NCBI GenBank assembly: GCA_965242695.1
Contig: CBDESU010000001.1
Coordinates: forward strand, 480,001 to 544,000
Source: Cenarchaeum sp.
GTDB taxonomy: Archaea > Thermoproteota > Nitrososphaeria > Nitrososphaerales > Nitrosopumilaceae
Reading direction: 5' to 3'
Length of the DNA stretch: 64,000 bases
How positions within the stretch are numbered: position 1 is the first letter of the stretch; each line of letters begins with the position of its first letter. The notes under the pieces are model-generated. The model was given only the letters and a program-made list of their open reading frames with translations. It ran no database searches and had not been told where the DNA came from. Positions 9,659 through 19,408 of this stretch are shown here, piece after piece. The position numbers and the translations under genes were made by a program.

Positions 9659-10612
9659 CTACGGGGCCGACGTGTCAAAGGGCCTCATCGCCGCAGGAAT
9701 CCTGCCGAGCAGGTCGGATGCCACAATGTGCGTTCCCATCGTCTTTTGCAGGGCCTTTCCGGCAAGGCCGTTGAAGAAGACCGCCGCCGCGGCGGCCTCG
9801 GCCGGCCGCCTGCTGCGCGCGAGCAGGCCGGCTAGCAGCCCGGACAGCACGTCGCCCGTGCCGCCCACGGTCATTGCGGGCGCGCCGCCGCGGTGGACGA
9901 ACGTCCGCTCGCCGTCGGATACGATGTCGGCCGGCCCCTTGAGCAGCACTGTGATCTCGTGGCGCCGCGCCGTGCGGGCGACGGCGGCGATCCGCTCGGC
10001 CTCGACCTGCGGCGCGTCCTCGCCGAACAGCCGCCGAAACTCGCCCTGGTGCGGCGTGACGACCGTCCTCGACCCCGCGATCGCCTTTAGGACCTCGGGC
10101 AGCAGCGCGCCGCCGTCGAGCACAAGCCCCGCGTCCGCGTCGAGCAGCGACCTTGCGAGCAGGGAGAGCGCTCCGCGGTCGCGCACCGCGATGCCCATGC
10201 CGACGGCGGCCGAGTGGAGGCCCGCCGGCACGTGGCCGAGCAGCTTGCGCGCCGCGCCGCGCGTGAGCTTTTGGTCGGCCATGGGCACGACGATGAGGTC
10301 TGGCGAGGCCGAGCGCGTCGCCGCCGCGTTTGCGCTCGGCACGGCGGTGTACACGAGGTCGGCGCCGCTGCGCAGCGCGGCAAGGGATGCGAGGATCGGC
10401 GCGCCGTGGTACACGTTGCTGCCGCCGACGACGAGCACGCGGCCGTTCTGCCCCTTGTGCGAGCCAGGTGGGCGGCCCGGGACAAACCGCCGCACGACCG
10501 ACGGCTCTACGACTACGACCTCGGCGGGGGATGGGGAATCGCGCCCTCCCTGGCGCCCGGCGCCCGCGCCATCCTTTTCCCCGTCCCTTGGTGGGGCGCC
10601 CCCTCCCTGCAC
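9659..10612 (-). CDS. nnrD: ADP-dependent NAD(P)H-hydrate dehydratase
   Basis: SHKGQNGRVLVVGGS, TPHQGEF, LKG, GGTGDVLSG motifs; start inferred from upstream AT box. Confidence 0.9.
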   Translation of the reverse strand: MQGGGAPPRDGEKDGAGAGRQGGRDSPSPAEVVVVEPSVVRRFVPGRPPGSHKGQNGRVLVVGGSNVYHGAPILASLAALRSGADLVYTAVPSANAAATRSASPDLIVVPMADQKLTRGAARKLLGHVPAGLHSAAVGMGIAVRDRGALSLLARSLLDADAGLVLDGGALLPEVLKAIAGSRTVVTPHQGEFRRLFGEDAPQVEAERIAAVARTARRHEITVLLKGPADIVSDGERTFVHRGGAPAMTVGGTGDVLSGLLAGLLARSRRPAEAAAAAVFFNGLAGKALQKTMGTHIVASDLLGRIPAAMRPFDTSAP

Positions 10613-10824
10613 GCGGGACGGCGGCGCCGCTTGCAGATAAGCGTTGCCAGGGCGAAGGCCCGCGGGATGCGGCCGGCGCCGCGCCGGCGGGGGCGCACGC
10701 CGGACGGCCGGCGCGAGTCCGCCCTGGCCGCACCCTTTCGGCGGCGGCATGCGGCGATGCAGTCCGGCTCGCCCATTGGCGTGGGGCGGAATGGCGCCGC
10801 GCCGCTCCGCCTCTGCGTCCCCCG

Positions 10825-12225
10825 CTACCCTTCGCCCCGCCCCGTCTTCCCCTTCAGGAACCGCATTATCAGCGGGTGGCACAGCTGTGAGCTGTGCGCC
10901 GCCGAGTCTGTCCCGATGCCATAGCTGACGGTCGAGTCGCCCACAAAGAACAGCCCGTCGACGCCGGCCCCCGCATGCGGCGCCTTGTCCTTCCACACGG
11001 CGCCCGGCTCCTTTGCGACTGACTCTACGAGGGCCCACGCCGACGGCCGCTCCCAAAGCACGCTCTTCTCGAACGCGGGGTACAGCTCGCATATCTCCTC
11101 CTTCATGCGGTCGCTGATCTCCCTCGTGCGCGCCGCGCCGCGCGCATCCGACGCATCCACGGGCGTGCCGGCCATCATCAGGTGCTCGCCCTCGGGCGAG
11201 ACGGCCGGCGCTATGTTCGATATGAAGAACAGCCCCCTTGCCGTCCTGCCTGCGCCGACGGGGAACACGACCTGCCTCCTATCGACCCTCTCGGACGTGC
11301 AAAAGTGCGTCTCGACCACGGCAGTCGTCCTCTCCAGGCCGGCCACGCGCCGCCGAAACCCGGCGTCAAGGTCGCCGGCCCCGAACAGCCTCCGCGCCGC
11401 CTCGTACGCCGGCAGCGAGACGACGGTGCAGTCCGACTCGATCGTCGCGCCGTCCGCGGTCTCGACTCCTGCCGCCCTGCCGCCCTCGACGACCACCCTC
11501 TGCGCGGCGCGGCCCGTTATGATGCGGCCGCCGGATGCGCGCACGTACCGCGCGAGCGCGCCGCAGATGCGGTCGTAGCCGCCCTGCGCGGGGTACGCAA
11601 ACTCGCTCGTCCCGCCCCTGAACGGGTTGGCCCTGATCATGGTCCGCACGAACTCGCCTAGCGAGACGCGCTCGGGCACGTCCGCGAACGCGAGCATGCA
11701 GACGGCCTCGAAGAACGGGCGGGCCCCGGCGTCGAGGCGGCCGACGACGTCCGAGAGCGGGGCGCGGTCTAGCCTGGCCGCCGCGCCCATGGTCGAGAAC
11801 GCCATCGGGAGGATGGCGCGCAGCAGGCCGAGCCGGCTGCGCAGCGGCATCGTCTCCAGGCGCAAGAGGTCGGCGATGCCTCGCGGGTACCTTGCAAACC
11901 TCCCCCTCCCGGTGGCGAACGCAATGTCGGTCACCCTTGCAAGCTCCAGCCCGCCGGCCGCGCCGGTGTCCGCAAGGACCCTGTACAGCGCCGACGCCTT
12001 GTAGAACGGCATTATATGGAAGCCGTTGTCGAGGATGTGGCCCCGGTACCTAGACGAGGCCGTCCGGCCGCCGACCCTCTGCGACCTTTCAAGGACGACG
12101 ACGCCGCGCACGCCGGCCCTGCAGAGCAGGGCGGCGGTGCACAGCCCGCTCACCCCCGCGCCCACGACGAGGACGCTGCACCTGCCGCCCGCGTCCCGCC
12201 CCGCGCCGCCGGCCGCCCCTTCCAT
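10825..12225 (-). CDS. FAD-dependent oxidoreductase (phytoene desaturase/amine oxidase family)
   Basis: VVGAGVSGL...LER...GGR dinucleotide motif, DNGFH, GLFFVGDS. Confidence 0.88.
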   Translation of the reverse strand: MEGAAGGAGRDAGGRCSVLVVGAGVSGLCTAALLCRAGVRGVVVLERSQRVGGRTASSRYRGHILDNGFHIMPFYKASALYRVLADTGAAGGLELARVTDIAFATGRGRFARYPRGIADLLRLETMPLRSRLGLLRAILPMAFSTMGAAARLDRAPLSDVVGRLDAGARPFFEAVCMLAFADVPERVSLGEFVRTMIRANPFRGGTSEFAYPAQGGYDRICGALARYVRASGGRIITGRAAQRVVVEGGRAAGVETADGATIESDCTVVSLPAYEAARRLFGAGDLDAGFRRRVAGLERTTAVVETHFCTSERVDRRQVVFPVGAGRTARGLFFISNIAPAVSPEGEHLMMAGTPVDASDARGAARTREISDRMKEEICELYPAFEKSVLWERPSAWALVESVAKEPGAVWKDKAPHAGAGVDGLFFVGDSTVSYGIGTDSAAHSSQLCHPLIMRFLKGKTGRGEG

Positions 12226-12379
12226 CGGGCGGAGAGGCGCCCCTCCAACCGATAAGCGTATGGATTCGGCGCGGCGCCCATCCAGGCCCGCCCGGCTCCG
12301 CCCGCCTGCCGCCCCTGCCCACGCCCATCCTGCGGCCGCCCCGCCAACGACATAAATCCCGCACGGCGGGCCCCTGCGC

Positions 12380-14719
12380 GTGGGCGATTCTGCGGGCGGC
12401 TGCGGAGACGGCGCGGCGGGGAGCTCCGATCCGGCCGACAGGGGCGACGAGGCCGCGAAGCGCGACGCATTCCAAGAGGCGCTTGCCGCGTACGACGAGG
12501 CCGTGCGGCTGGATCCCGGGAGCGCAAGGGGGCACAGGGGCCGCGGCGGGGCCCTGTGCTCGCTGGACCGCGACGACGAGGCGCTTGCCGCGTACGACGA
12601 GGCCGTGCGGCTGGATCCCGGCGATGCCGGCGGCCACAAGGGCCGCGGCGATGCCCTGGAAAAGCTCGGTCGCCGCGACGAGGCCGCGGCGGCGTACGAC
12701 GAGGCCGTGCGGCTGGATCCCAAGAACGCCTACTTTTATGCCGAGCGCGGCGAGTTCCTGCGCTTCAGCGATCGCCACCGCGAGGCGCTCGAGTCGTACG
12801 ACACGGCAATACGGCTGGACCCCGGGGCCGCATACGCGCATGCCGGGCGCGGCGCCCTCCTGTCGGACATGGATCGCGACGACGAGGCCATGGCCGCACA
12901 CGACGAGGCCGTCCGCCTGGAACCAAAAAACTCCCTCTGGCACGTGTGGCGCGCCAGGCTCCTGGCCGCCCTGGGCCGCGACGAAGAGGCGATCGAGTCG
13001 TACGACGAGGCGGCCCGCCTGGATCCAAAGCCCGTCGTGCAGATGGAGCGCGGCGGCATCCTGCACGGGCTTGGCCGCGACGACGAGGCCATGGCCGCGT
13101 ACGACGAGATGATCCGCTTGGATCCAAAAAACTCCCTCTGGCATACCGCGCACGGCGACGCCCTGCTGGACATGGGCCGCGGCGACGAGGCGCTCGAGTC
13201 GTACGACGAGGCGATCCGCCTGGAACCCGAGTATGCCGGCGCGCACGCCGAGCGCGCCTCGGCCTTGGAATCCCTTGGCCGCCACAAGGAGGCGCTCGAG
13301 TCGTACGACGAGGCGGTCCGCCTGGAACCCGAGACCGCCTACCTGCGCGCCGAGCAGGGCAACGCCCTGTCCCGGCTTGGCCGCTACAAGGATGCCCTAG
13401 AGTCGTACGACGAGGCCGTGCGGCTGGATCCAAAGAGGGCCGGCATCCATGTGGGGCGCGGCATCATCCTGTACTCCCTTGGCCGCCACGACGAGGCGCT
13501 CGAGTCGTACGACGAGGCCGTGCGGCTGGACCCAGAGGGCGCCGACGCCCACAGGGAGCGCGGCTCGCTCCTGCACCGCCTTGGCCGCCACAGGGAGGCG
13601 CTCGCCTCGCTCGACAGGGCGGTGGAACTCGCAGACGACCCGTCCCAGGCCCTCTTTCTGCGCGGCGCCGTGCTCCTCATCCTCTCGAGGCCCGGCAGGG
13701 CCGCGCGCGACTTCAGGTCGTTGGCCTCGGCCGATCCAGGCAGCGCAGAGGCCCGCCTAATGCTCGGGATCGCATACGGGCTGCGCGGCCGCGAAAAAAG
13801 GGCGCTCGCGGCGCTCAGGGCGGCGGTCCGCTTGGAACCGCGGTACGCGCAGGCGCGGACCGCGTACGGCCAGGCGCTGCTCGACGCCGGCCGTCCCGGC
13901 AGGGCGCTTGCCGAGTACGACGAGGCGGTGGGGATCGACGACTCTGACCCGACGGCTCACGAGGGGAGGGGATTTGCGCTGCTCGGCTCCGGCAGGGCCG
14001 GGGATGCGCTCGCGGCGTTCGCCAGGGCCCTGAAGATCGACCCGCGCAGGGCAAAGGCCCACATGGGGAGGGCGCTTGCGCTCTCTGCCGCCGGCAAGAG
14101 GAAGAGGGCCCTTGCCGCCTTTGGCCGGGCCGTGCGGCTCGAGCCACGGCTGGGCTCCGCCCATGCAGGAATGGGCATGCTGCTGTTCAGGTCAGGCAGG
14201 ATGAAGAGGGCTCTTGCGGCGTTCGACAAGGCCTTGTCGATCGAGCCGGGCGATGCGGACACGCACTGCATGCGCGGCAGGGCGCTCGCCGAGCTTGGCC
14301 GCGGCGCAGAGGCCCTCGCGGCCCTCGACAGGGCAGAGAAGCTGGACTCTGACGTCGACGAGCTGCACCTGGCGCGCGGAATCGCGCTCTTGGAGATGGA
14401 TCGGTTCGGCGATGCGCTCGAGTCGCTGGACCGGGCCGTGCGGGCCGAGCCGGACAACCCAGCGGCCCACTACCAGCGCGGCATGGCGCTGATCGACCTT
14501 GAGAGGTACGCCGATGCGCTCAAGGCGTTCGACGAGGCGGCCCGGATCGATCCCGACTCGGGGCGGGTCGAATGCGGGCGCGCCATGGCCCTTGCCGACC
14601 TGGGCCGCTTCGGGGAGGCGCGGGCCGCGGCAGAAAAGGCCGCCAGGCTCGAGCCGGGCGACAGGGACATAGAGACGGTTCGCAGGACGCTTCGGGACGT
14701 GCCGGGCGGCGGCCGCTGA
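12380..14719 (+). CDS. Large tetratricopeptide-repeat protein (~20 TPRs)
   Basis: Recurring 34-aa units LGRxDEAL(E/A)(S/A)YDEAVRL(D/E)P. Confidence 0.92.
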   Translation: MGDSAGGCGDGAAGSSDPADRGDEAAKRDAFQEALAAYDEAVRLDPGSARGHRGRGGALCSLDRDDEALAAYDEAVRLDPGDAGGHKGRGDALEKLGRRDEAAAAYDEAVRLDPKNAYFYAERGEFLRFSDRHREALESYDTAIRLDPGAAYAHAGRGALLSDMDRDDEAMAAHDEAVRLEPKNSLWHVWRARLLAALGRDEEAIESYDEAARLDPKPVVQMERGGILHGLGRDDEAMAAYDEMIRLDPKNSLWHTAHGDALLDMGRGDEALESYDEAIRLEPEYAGAHAERASALESLGRHKEALESYDEAVRLEPETAYLRAEQGNALSRLGRYKDALESYDEAVRLDPKRAGIHVGRGIILYSLGRHDEALESYDEAVRLDPEGADAHRERGSLLHRLGRHREALASLDRAVELADDPSQALFLRGAVLLILSRPGRAARDFRSLASADPGSAEARLMLGIAYGLRGREKRALAALRAAVRLEPRYAQARTAYGQALLDAGRPGRALAEYDEAVGIDDSDPTAHEGRGFALLGSGRAGDALAAFARALKIDPRRAKAHMGRALALSAAGKRKRALAAFGRAVRLEPRLGSAHAGMGMLLFRSGRMKRALAAFDKALSIEPGDADTHCMRGRALAELGRGAEALAALDRAEKLDSDVDELHLARGIALLEMDRFGDALESLDRAVRAEPDNPAAHYQRGMALIDLERYADALKAFDEAARIDPDSGRVECGRAMALADLGRFGEARAAAEKAARLEPGDRDIETVRRTLRDVPGGGR

Positions 14720-14833
14720 GGCCGGCGGGCGGGCAGGCAGGACGGCGGCCGATCCCCCGCCGCCTGCGGCGCGGCGGGCCGCCCTGCTGCGCGGCCAAAG
14801 AGGTAGAAGCGGCGCGCGAGGCGCCTGGGCGGA

Positions 14834-15091
14834 CTACTCGATCTTGCGGCGGCCGGTACCGCGGCCGGTCTCTATGTAGAGGCCCTTGCCGGAAGGCCGG
14901 CCCTTGGTCTCGGCGATGTCCCCGAGGCGGATCTTTCTGGTGCCCCTGCCGACCGTCACGTACACGTCCTTTGCGGCCTCCTTCCTGGCCTCGTTGTACT
15001 TGCGGTACTCTTCGCCGGTCCAGTTGTCCTTTTCGTTCTTGACTACGCGGCGGCTGGTGCCCCTGCCGCCGACTCTGACAACGTCTCCCAT
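14834..15091 (-). CDS. Small basic hypothetical protein (85 aa), paralog of 24777-25034
   Basis: MGDVVRVGGRGTSRRV...; near-identical second copy; TTTAA box upstream. Confidence 0.8.
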   Translation of the reverse strand: MGDVVRVGGRGTSRRVVKNEKDNWTGEEYRKYNEARKEAAKDVYVTVGRGTRKIRLGDIAETKGRPSGKGLYIETGRGTGRRKIE

Positions 15092-15325
15092 GGGACGGGG
15101 CGGCACGGGCCGCCTTAAATCGGTTGCGATTTTGGCGATCGGGGTGCCGCGGCGCGCATGCGCCGCGCCGTTCCTGCCGGGGCGGGTGAAGGGGGGCCGG
15201 CGGACGGGCGGCGCTCGGCCGCTGCGCGCAGGGCGCCGGCATGCGCCGCGCATCGAGGTCCCGGGACAGCACTAGACCCGGGGCATGCCGGTAAGGGTTT
15301 TAACCGATGTCGGGCGCGCGCCGCC

Positions 15326-15715
15326 GTGATCTCAAAGCAGGTCGTCGTCAACGGCGTAAAGTTCAAGCTCACGCTCACCGAGCCCGTCATCGACCAGGTC
15401 AAGACGCTAAAGGACCTGTACGCCACGGCGTACGAGGATCCGGACGCCTTTGAGGATGCCAGCTCGGAGATATCCTCCCTAGTCCGCGAGATCGCATCGG
15501 CCGTGGAGCCGGACGCCTCGGACGGCGACCTTGACGGCCTCATGCAGGAGATCATCCGCGTAGTCGACAGCAAGGACGCCGAGGTGGCCCGCCAGAGGTC
15601 GGGCCACGACGCCCAGTCCCGCGACCGCTCACGCGACCGCTCACGCGACCGCTCACGCGACCGCTCACGCGACCGCTCACGCGACCGCTCACGCGACCGC
15701 TCCCGACGTCGCTGA
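15326..15715 (+). CDS. Hypothetical acidic protein with C-terminal (RDRS)n tail
   Basis: TTTTAA box at ~15298; GTG start; coding-like composition. Confidence 0.75.
   Translation: MISKQVVVNGVKFKLTLTEPVIDQVKTLKDLYATAYEDPDAFEDASSEISSLVREIASAVEPDASDGDLDGLMQEIIRVVDSKDAEVARQRSGHDAQSRDRSRDRSRDRSRDRSRDRSRDRSRDRSRRR
15620..15702 (+). repeat. 12-bp tandem repeat (cgcgaccgctca) x7
   Basis: Directly visible; encodes RDRS repeats. Confidence 0.95.
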
Positions 15716-15854
15716 CGCCGGGCCGCATGCCGCCCTCTCTGGCGGCGGCCAGCGAGACCGATTCTCCGAAGAGGCGGGCTGACGCCGGGCCGCATGCCGC
15801 GCCCTCGGGCGGCCCATGATGAAGGTTATATGGTCTGCGGCCGCGTCCGCGGGC

Positions 15855-15998
15855 ATGCGCGGGTGCGAGTGCGGCATATGCCACCACTTTTCAGAGGCCG
15901 AGTGCCTCGACAAGGAGTGCAAGTGCTGCATAAACTTCCACCTCCGGTCCGGCCCAAAGTCCGAGACGCACGGCGGCGCGCCGCCCGGCGGGGACTAG
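15855..15998 (+). CDS. Small Cys/His-rich protein
   Basis: MRGCECGICHHFSEAECLDKECKCCINFH; TTATAT box ~24 nt upstream. Confidence 0.65.
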   Translation: MRGCECGICHHFSEAECLDKECKCCINFHLRSGPKSETHGGAPPGGD

Positions 15999-16014
15999 CC
16001 GGGACTAGCAGGGG

Positions 16015-16137
16015 CTAGCCTGCGCCCTGCCGCTGCGGGTCCCTGAAGCAGCTGCACCGCCTGGCCGCGTGCCTGTGGCAGCCGACGAGCCTGTGGTCGG
16101 GGCAGCCGCACAGCACGCACCCCCTCTTTCCTCCCAT
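16015..16137 (-). CDS. Small Cys/His-rich protein
   Basis: MGGKRGCVLCGCPDHRLVGCHRHAARRCSCF. Confidence 0.5.
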   Translation of the reverse strand: MGGKRGCVLCGCPDHRLVGCHRHAARRCSCFRDPQRQGAG

Positions 16138-16166
16138 GGCGCTCCGCCCACCGTACCCCCGGCATT

Positions 16167-16595
16167 TCAGTCTTCCGCAGGCCCGCCGCCGCCGACCTCG
16201 CGCGCCAGCCCCTCGAGCTTTTCCAGGAACCTGCCGGCGTCGTACGACTCGCACATCTTCAGCCTCATGTTGCGCAGCCGCCCGGGATCGTCGGCGTACA
16301 GGCCCGACATGGTGTCGATCTCCCTTGCAAACGAGTACGACTCGGCGTACGCGCGGCACAGCGACGCTATCTCTTCGTACGCCTTTGCGAGCCGGCCGTC
16401 GATGTCCCCGCCCGCCGCCTCGGCCGCCGCGCCGCCGGCCCGCTCGGCAAGAGAGTCGACCAGGCCTATCGTCCTTGCCCACTCCCTCCTCATCACGCCC
16501 AGGTCGCCGGGCCTGCCCTCCAGGGCGCGCACGGCCCGCGCCGACTCTGCGACCTGCCCAATGACGCCGGCAACGTACTCGGCAAACGACGGCAA
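16167..16595 (-). CDS. Hypothetical helical protein
   Basis: Normal amino-acid composition; AATAAA box upstream. Confidence 0.7.
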   Translation of the reverse strand: MPSFAEYVAGVIGQVAESARAVRALEGRPGDLGVMRREWARTIGLVDSLAERAGGAAAEAAGGDIDGRLAKAYEEIASLCRAYAESYSFAREIDTMSGLYADDPGRLRNMRLKMCESYDAGRFLEKLEGLAREVGGGGPAED

Positions 16596-16768
16596 TCCGG
16601 GCCGGGCGGCCCGCCGCCGCCTTTATTGTCTTGGCGGCGGCCCGCGCGATCGGGGCCTACTGCCCGCCGCCGCCCGCCGCATGCCGCGCGCGCGGGCGCC
16701 TGTCCCGCGCGCCCTTCGCGCCGCCGCCCGCATCCGCGGTTAATATTGCGCGCGCCCCGCGCGCCGGC

Positions 16769-18133
16769 ATGGGAACCGGCGGCGAGGGCGCTTCCGGCAA
16801 GCGCTCTGCGTTCCTGCGGTGCATCGACCCCCGGTGCTCGCGCGAGTACCCCGTCGGCAGCGCGATCGTAGAGTGCGACCGCGGCCACCTGCTCGACGTC
16901 GTATACGAGGAAAAGCCGACCGAGTCGCTAAAGGAGGTGTTCCGCGCAAGGCGCAACCACGGCGGCAACATATTCAACGAGAGCGGCGTGTGGCGGTTCC
17001 GCGAGCTGCTCAACTTCTGCCAGGTCGACGCCGACGACGAGGCCGCATGCGCCTCGTCGCTCGTCTCGCTCGACGGGGCCGAGGGGCGGCAGTCCAAGCC
17101 GTACCGCATGGCCCGCGCGGCCGAGTTCGCCGGGCTGCCGCGCGGCGGCATGTGGCTGCAGCCCGAGGGGTACAACCCGAGCGGCTCGTTCAAGGACAAC
17201 GGCATGGCGACTGCCGTCACGCACGCCAAGATGGTCGGCGCGACGCGCATAGTGTGCGCCTCGACGGGCAACACGTCGGCGTCGGCCGGCATGTTCGCGG
17301 CCAACGAGGGGATCGACTGCGACGTGTACATACCGGCCGGCCAGATAGCGCCGGGCAAGCTCGCGCAGGCGTACCAGTTCGGCGCGCAGATCGTCCAGGT
17401 CGACGGCAACTTTGACGACGCCTTCCGGCGGTCGCTCGACGACGCGCGGCGCGGCGGCGGCTACACGGTAAACTCGGTCAACCCGTTCCGCATAGAGGGG
17501 CAGAAGACCATACCCTTCAGGGCGCTAGAGTACCTGGACTGGGAGCCGCCCGACTGGATCGTATACCCGGGCGGGGCCTTGGGCAACGCGTCGAGCTGCG
17601 GCAAGGCGCTTGCCGAGCTTGCCGAGTGGGGTTGGATAAAAAAGGTGCCGCGCATCGCCGTAGTCAACGCCGACGGAGCGAGCACGCTCGCCGACCTGTA
17701 CAACGGCGCGTCCGGGACGGGGCTGCTGCGGTGGAACGGCGGGCGCCCCGACCTTGCCGCCATACGCGAGTACTATGCGGACGCCGACCGGCGCGGGCTG
17801 CGGCCGCGAACGGATGCGACAGCGATACAGATCGGCAGGCCCGCGAACCTGCTCAAGGCCCTGCGCGCCCTCGAGCTCACGAACGGCATCGTCACGACCG
17901 TCTCGGACAGGGAGATGCTCGACGGCATGTCCGTCGTCGGCCTCAACGGGTTCGACTGCGAGATGGCGTCGGGCGCCTCGCCGGCCGGGGTCAAAAAGCT
18001 CGTCGCCGAGGGGGTCGTCGCGCGCGACGATGCCGTCGTGTGCATCCTGACGGGGCGCCAAAAGGACGCAATGCTGCCCGTCGAGTACCACAACGACGCG
18101 TCGAACACGTTTGCGAGGCCGCCGCGCCGGTGA
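16769..18133 (+). CDS. thrC: Threonine synthase
   Basis: NPSGSFKDNG (PLP Lys), CASTGNTSAS, NSVNPFRIEGQKT. Confidence 0.95.
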   Translation: MGTGGEGASGKRSAFLRCIDPRCSREYPVGSAIVECDRGHLLDVVYEEKPTESLKEVFRARRNHGGNIFNESGVWRFRELLNFCQVDADDEAACASSLVSLDGAEGRQSKPYRMARAAEFAGLPRGGMWLQPEGYNPSGSFKDNGMATAVTHAKMVGATRIVCASTGNTSASAGMFAANEGIDCDVYIPAGQIAPGKLAQAYQFGAQIVQVDGNFDDAFRRSLDDARRGGGYTVNSVNPFRIEGQKTIPFRALEYLDWEPPDWIVYPGGALGNASSCGKALAELAEWGWIKKVPRIAVVNADGASTLADLYNGASGTGLLRWNGGRPDLAAIREYYADADRRGLRPRTDATAIQIGRPANLLKALRALELTNGIVTTVSDREMLDGMSVVGLNGFDCEMASGASPAGVKKLVAEGVVARDDAVVCILTGRQKDAMLPVEYHNDASNTFARPPRR

Positions 18134-18391
18134 GAGCAGCGCGCCTGCGGGCCCAGTGCGGGCGGGGGTATTTCTTCATACCTGCACACTGTAACCCCGG
18201 CGCAATCCCTGCTGTTTTGGACCACAAGCATGCAGTCTTGAACAATTTTGCAATTATGTGGTTTATTTAACCGGATCTCCTCGCAAACGTGCGATTTTGC
18301 CCTAAAAACTGAGCCGGTTGGCCCGAACCGACTCGGATCGCGTACACGACCACAAGTCACTTTTATATGCAAGCAGCAGCGTGGCCCATCA

Positions 18392-18787
18392 ATGGAAAAG
18401 GATTCGGTAGAACTAGCGCCGGGCAAGCTTGGCTGCCCTGACTGCAGGTATCCTCTCGTACCGGGCCTCACGCCGTTTTACTACAAGGGCGACAAGTTGG
18501 GCGCTTTTGACGGCATTGTCTGCGAGATGTGCGGCTATGGGCTGCTAACGGAGAAGGGGTACGAGGACACGGGCAAGGCTATCGAGACGTGGGATCGCAA
18601 CTCGTTGCTATACGAGACCGAGATCGACGTGGTGGTCAAGTATGTCTCGAATGCGGCCAAAACATCACTGGTGGGACTCGACAGCCCTGTCGAGACGGAG
18701 AGAGTATCCACCACTGCTCAGTCTGAAATACTGTTGCCGCCTATCAGTTCGACAAAACGCATACGGATCTTGTTCAAGCCTGCCTAG
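18392..18787 (+). CDS. YgiT/MqsA-type zinc-finger protein
   Basis: CPDC...(~26 aa)...VCEMCG; TTTTATAT box at 18361; lower-GC context. Confidence 0.6.
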   Translation: MEKDSVELAPGKLGCPDCRYPLVPGLTPFYYKGDKLGAFDGIVCEMCGYGLLTEKGYEDTGKAIETWDRNSLLYETEIDVVVKYVSNAAKTSLVGLDSPVETERVSTTAQSEILLPPISSTKRIRILFKPA

Positions 18788-19408
18788 AAGACGCCTTCCC
18801 CGAGCACCAGCCTGCGGGAACCGCCGGCAGAGGCGGGTCTGGACGCGTGCGGCAAATCTCTGGATCATTTACATCCTGCCAGCCCGCGCACCGAGACGGT
18901 GCGGGACAAGATGGCCCGATGGATGGCGGCCGCAGCGTCGACGCCGCCCCGCCGGCCGCCCTAGTCATACGCGCACCCTTCTGGTTGCGCACCGGCCTTT
19001 CCTGCCGCGGCTGCAAGACGCTTTCGGGCGGGCGGGGCGGGGCCAGATCTGCGCGCACCGGAGGCGCCGCATCTGGCGGCACGCCGAGGCGATGCGGAAG
19101 TGGACAGATGGATGCCTGTCCTGCTCAAGGGCCAGACCAGACGGGCGCTGTGGCAGCGGTCGGTGCTGAAGGTGCGGGCGCCGCCGTGCCGGGCTGCACC
19201 GGGCGACGGGCTGCGGCGCAGGGGCGTTGCCGCCCCGCCGCCTCCAGCCGCGACTGCGCGCTGCCAGTCCCTGTGCTACGGGCGGCGGCGCAGGGCGGCG
19301 CAGGACGTGCAAGATCGGCGGCGGGATCCGACAGGACACGCGCCGCGCGCGACGCCGCCCATGAAGGGTTAAATTCGCGCCGCCCCGCGCCGCGCGCATG
19401 TCCGCTGC

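Noticed and set aside
12380-14719. Large TPR protein as part of the HEPN-TPR system
   Set aside because: No effector domain, no partner gene, and a different repeat consensus
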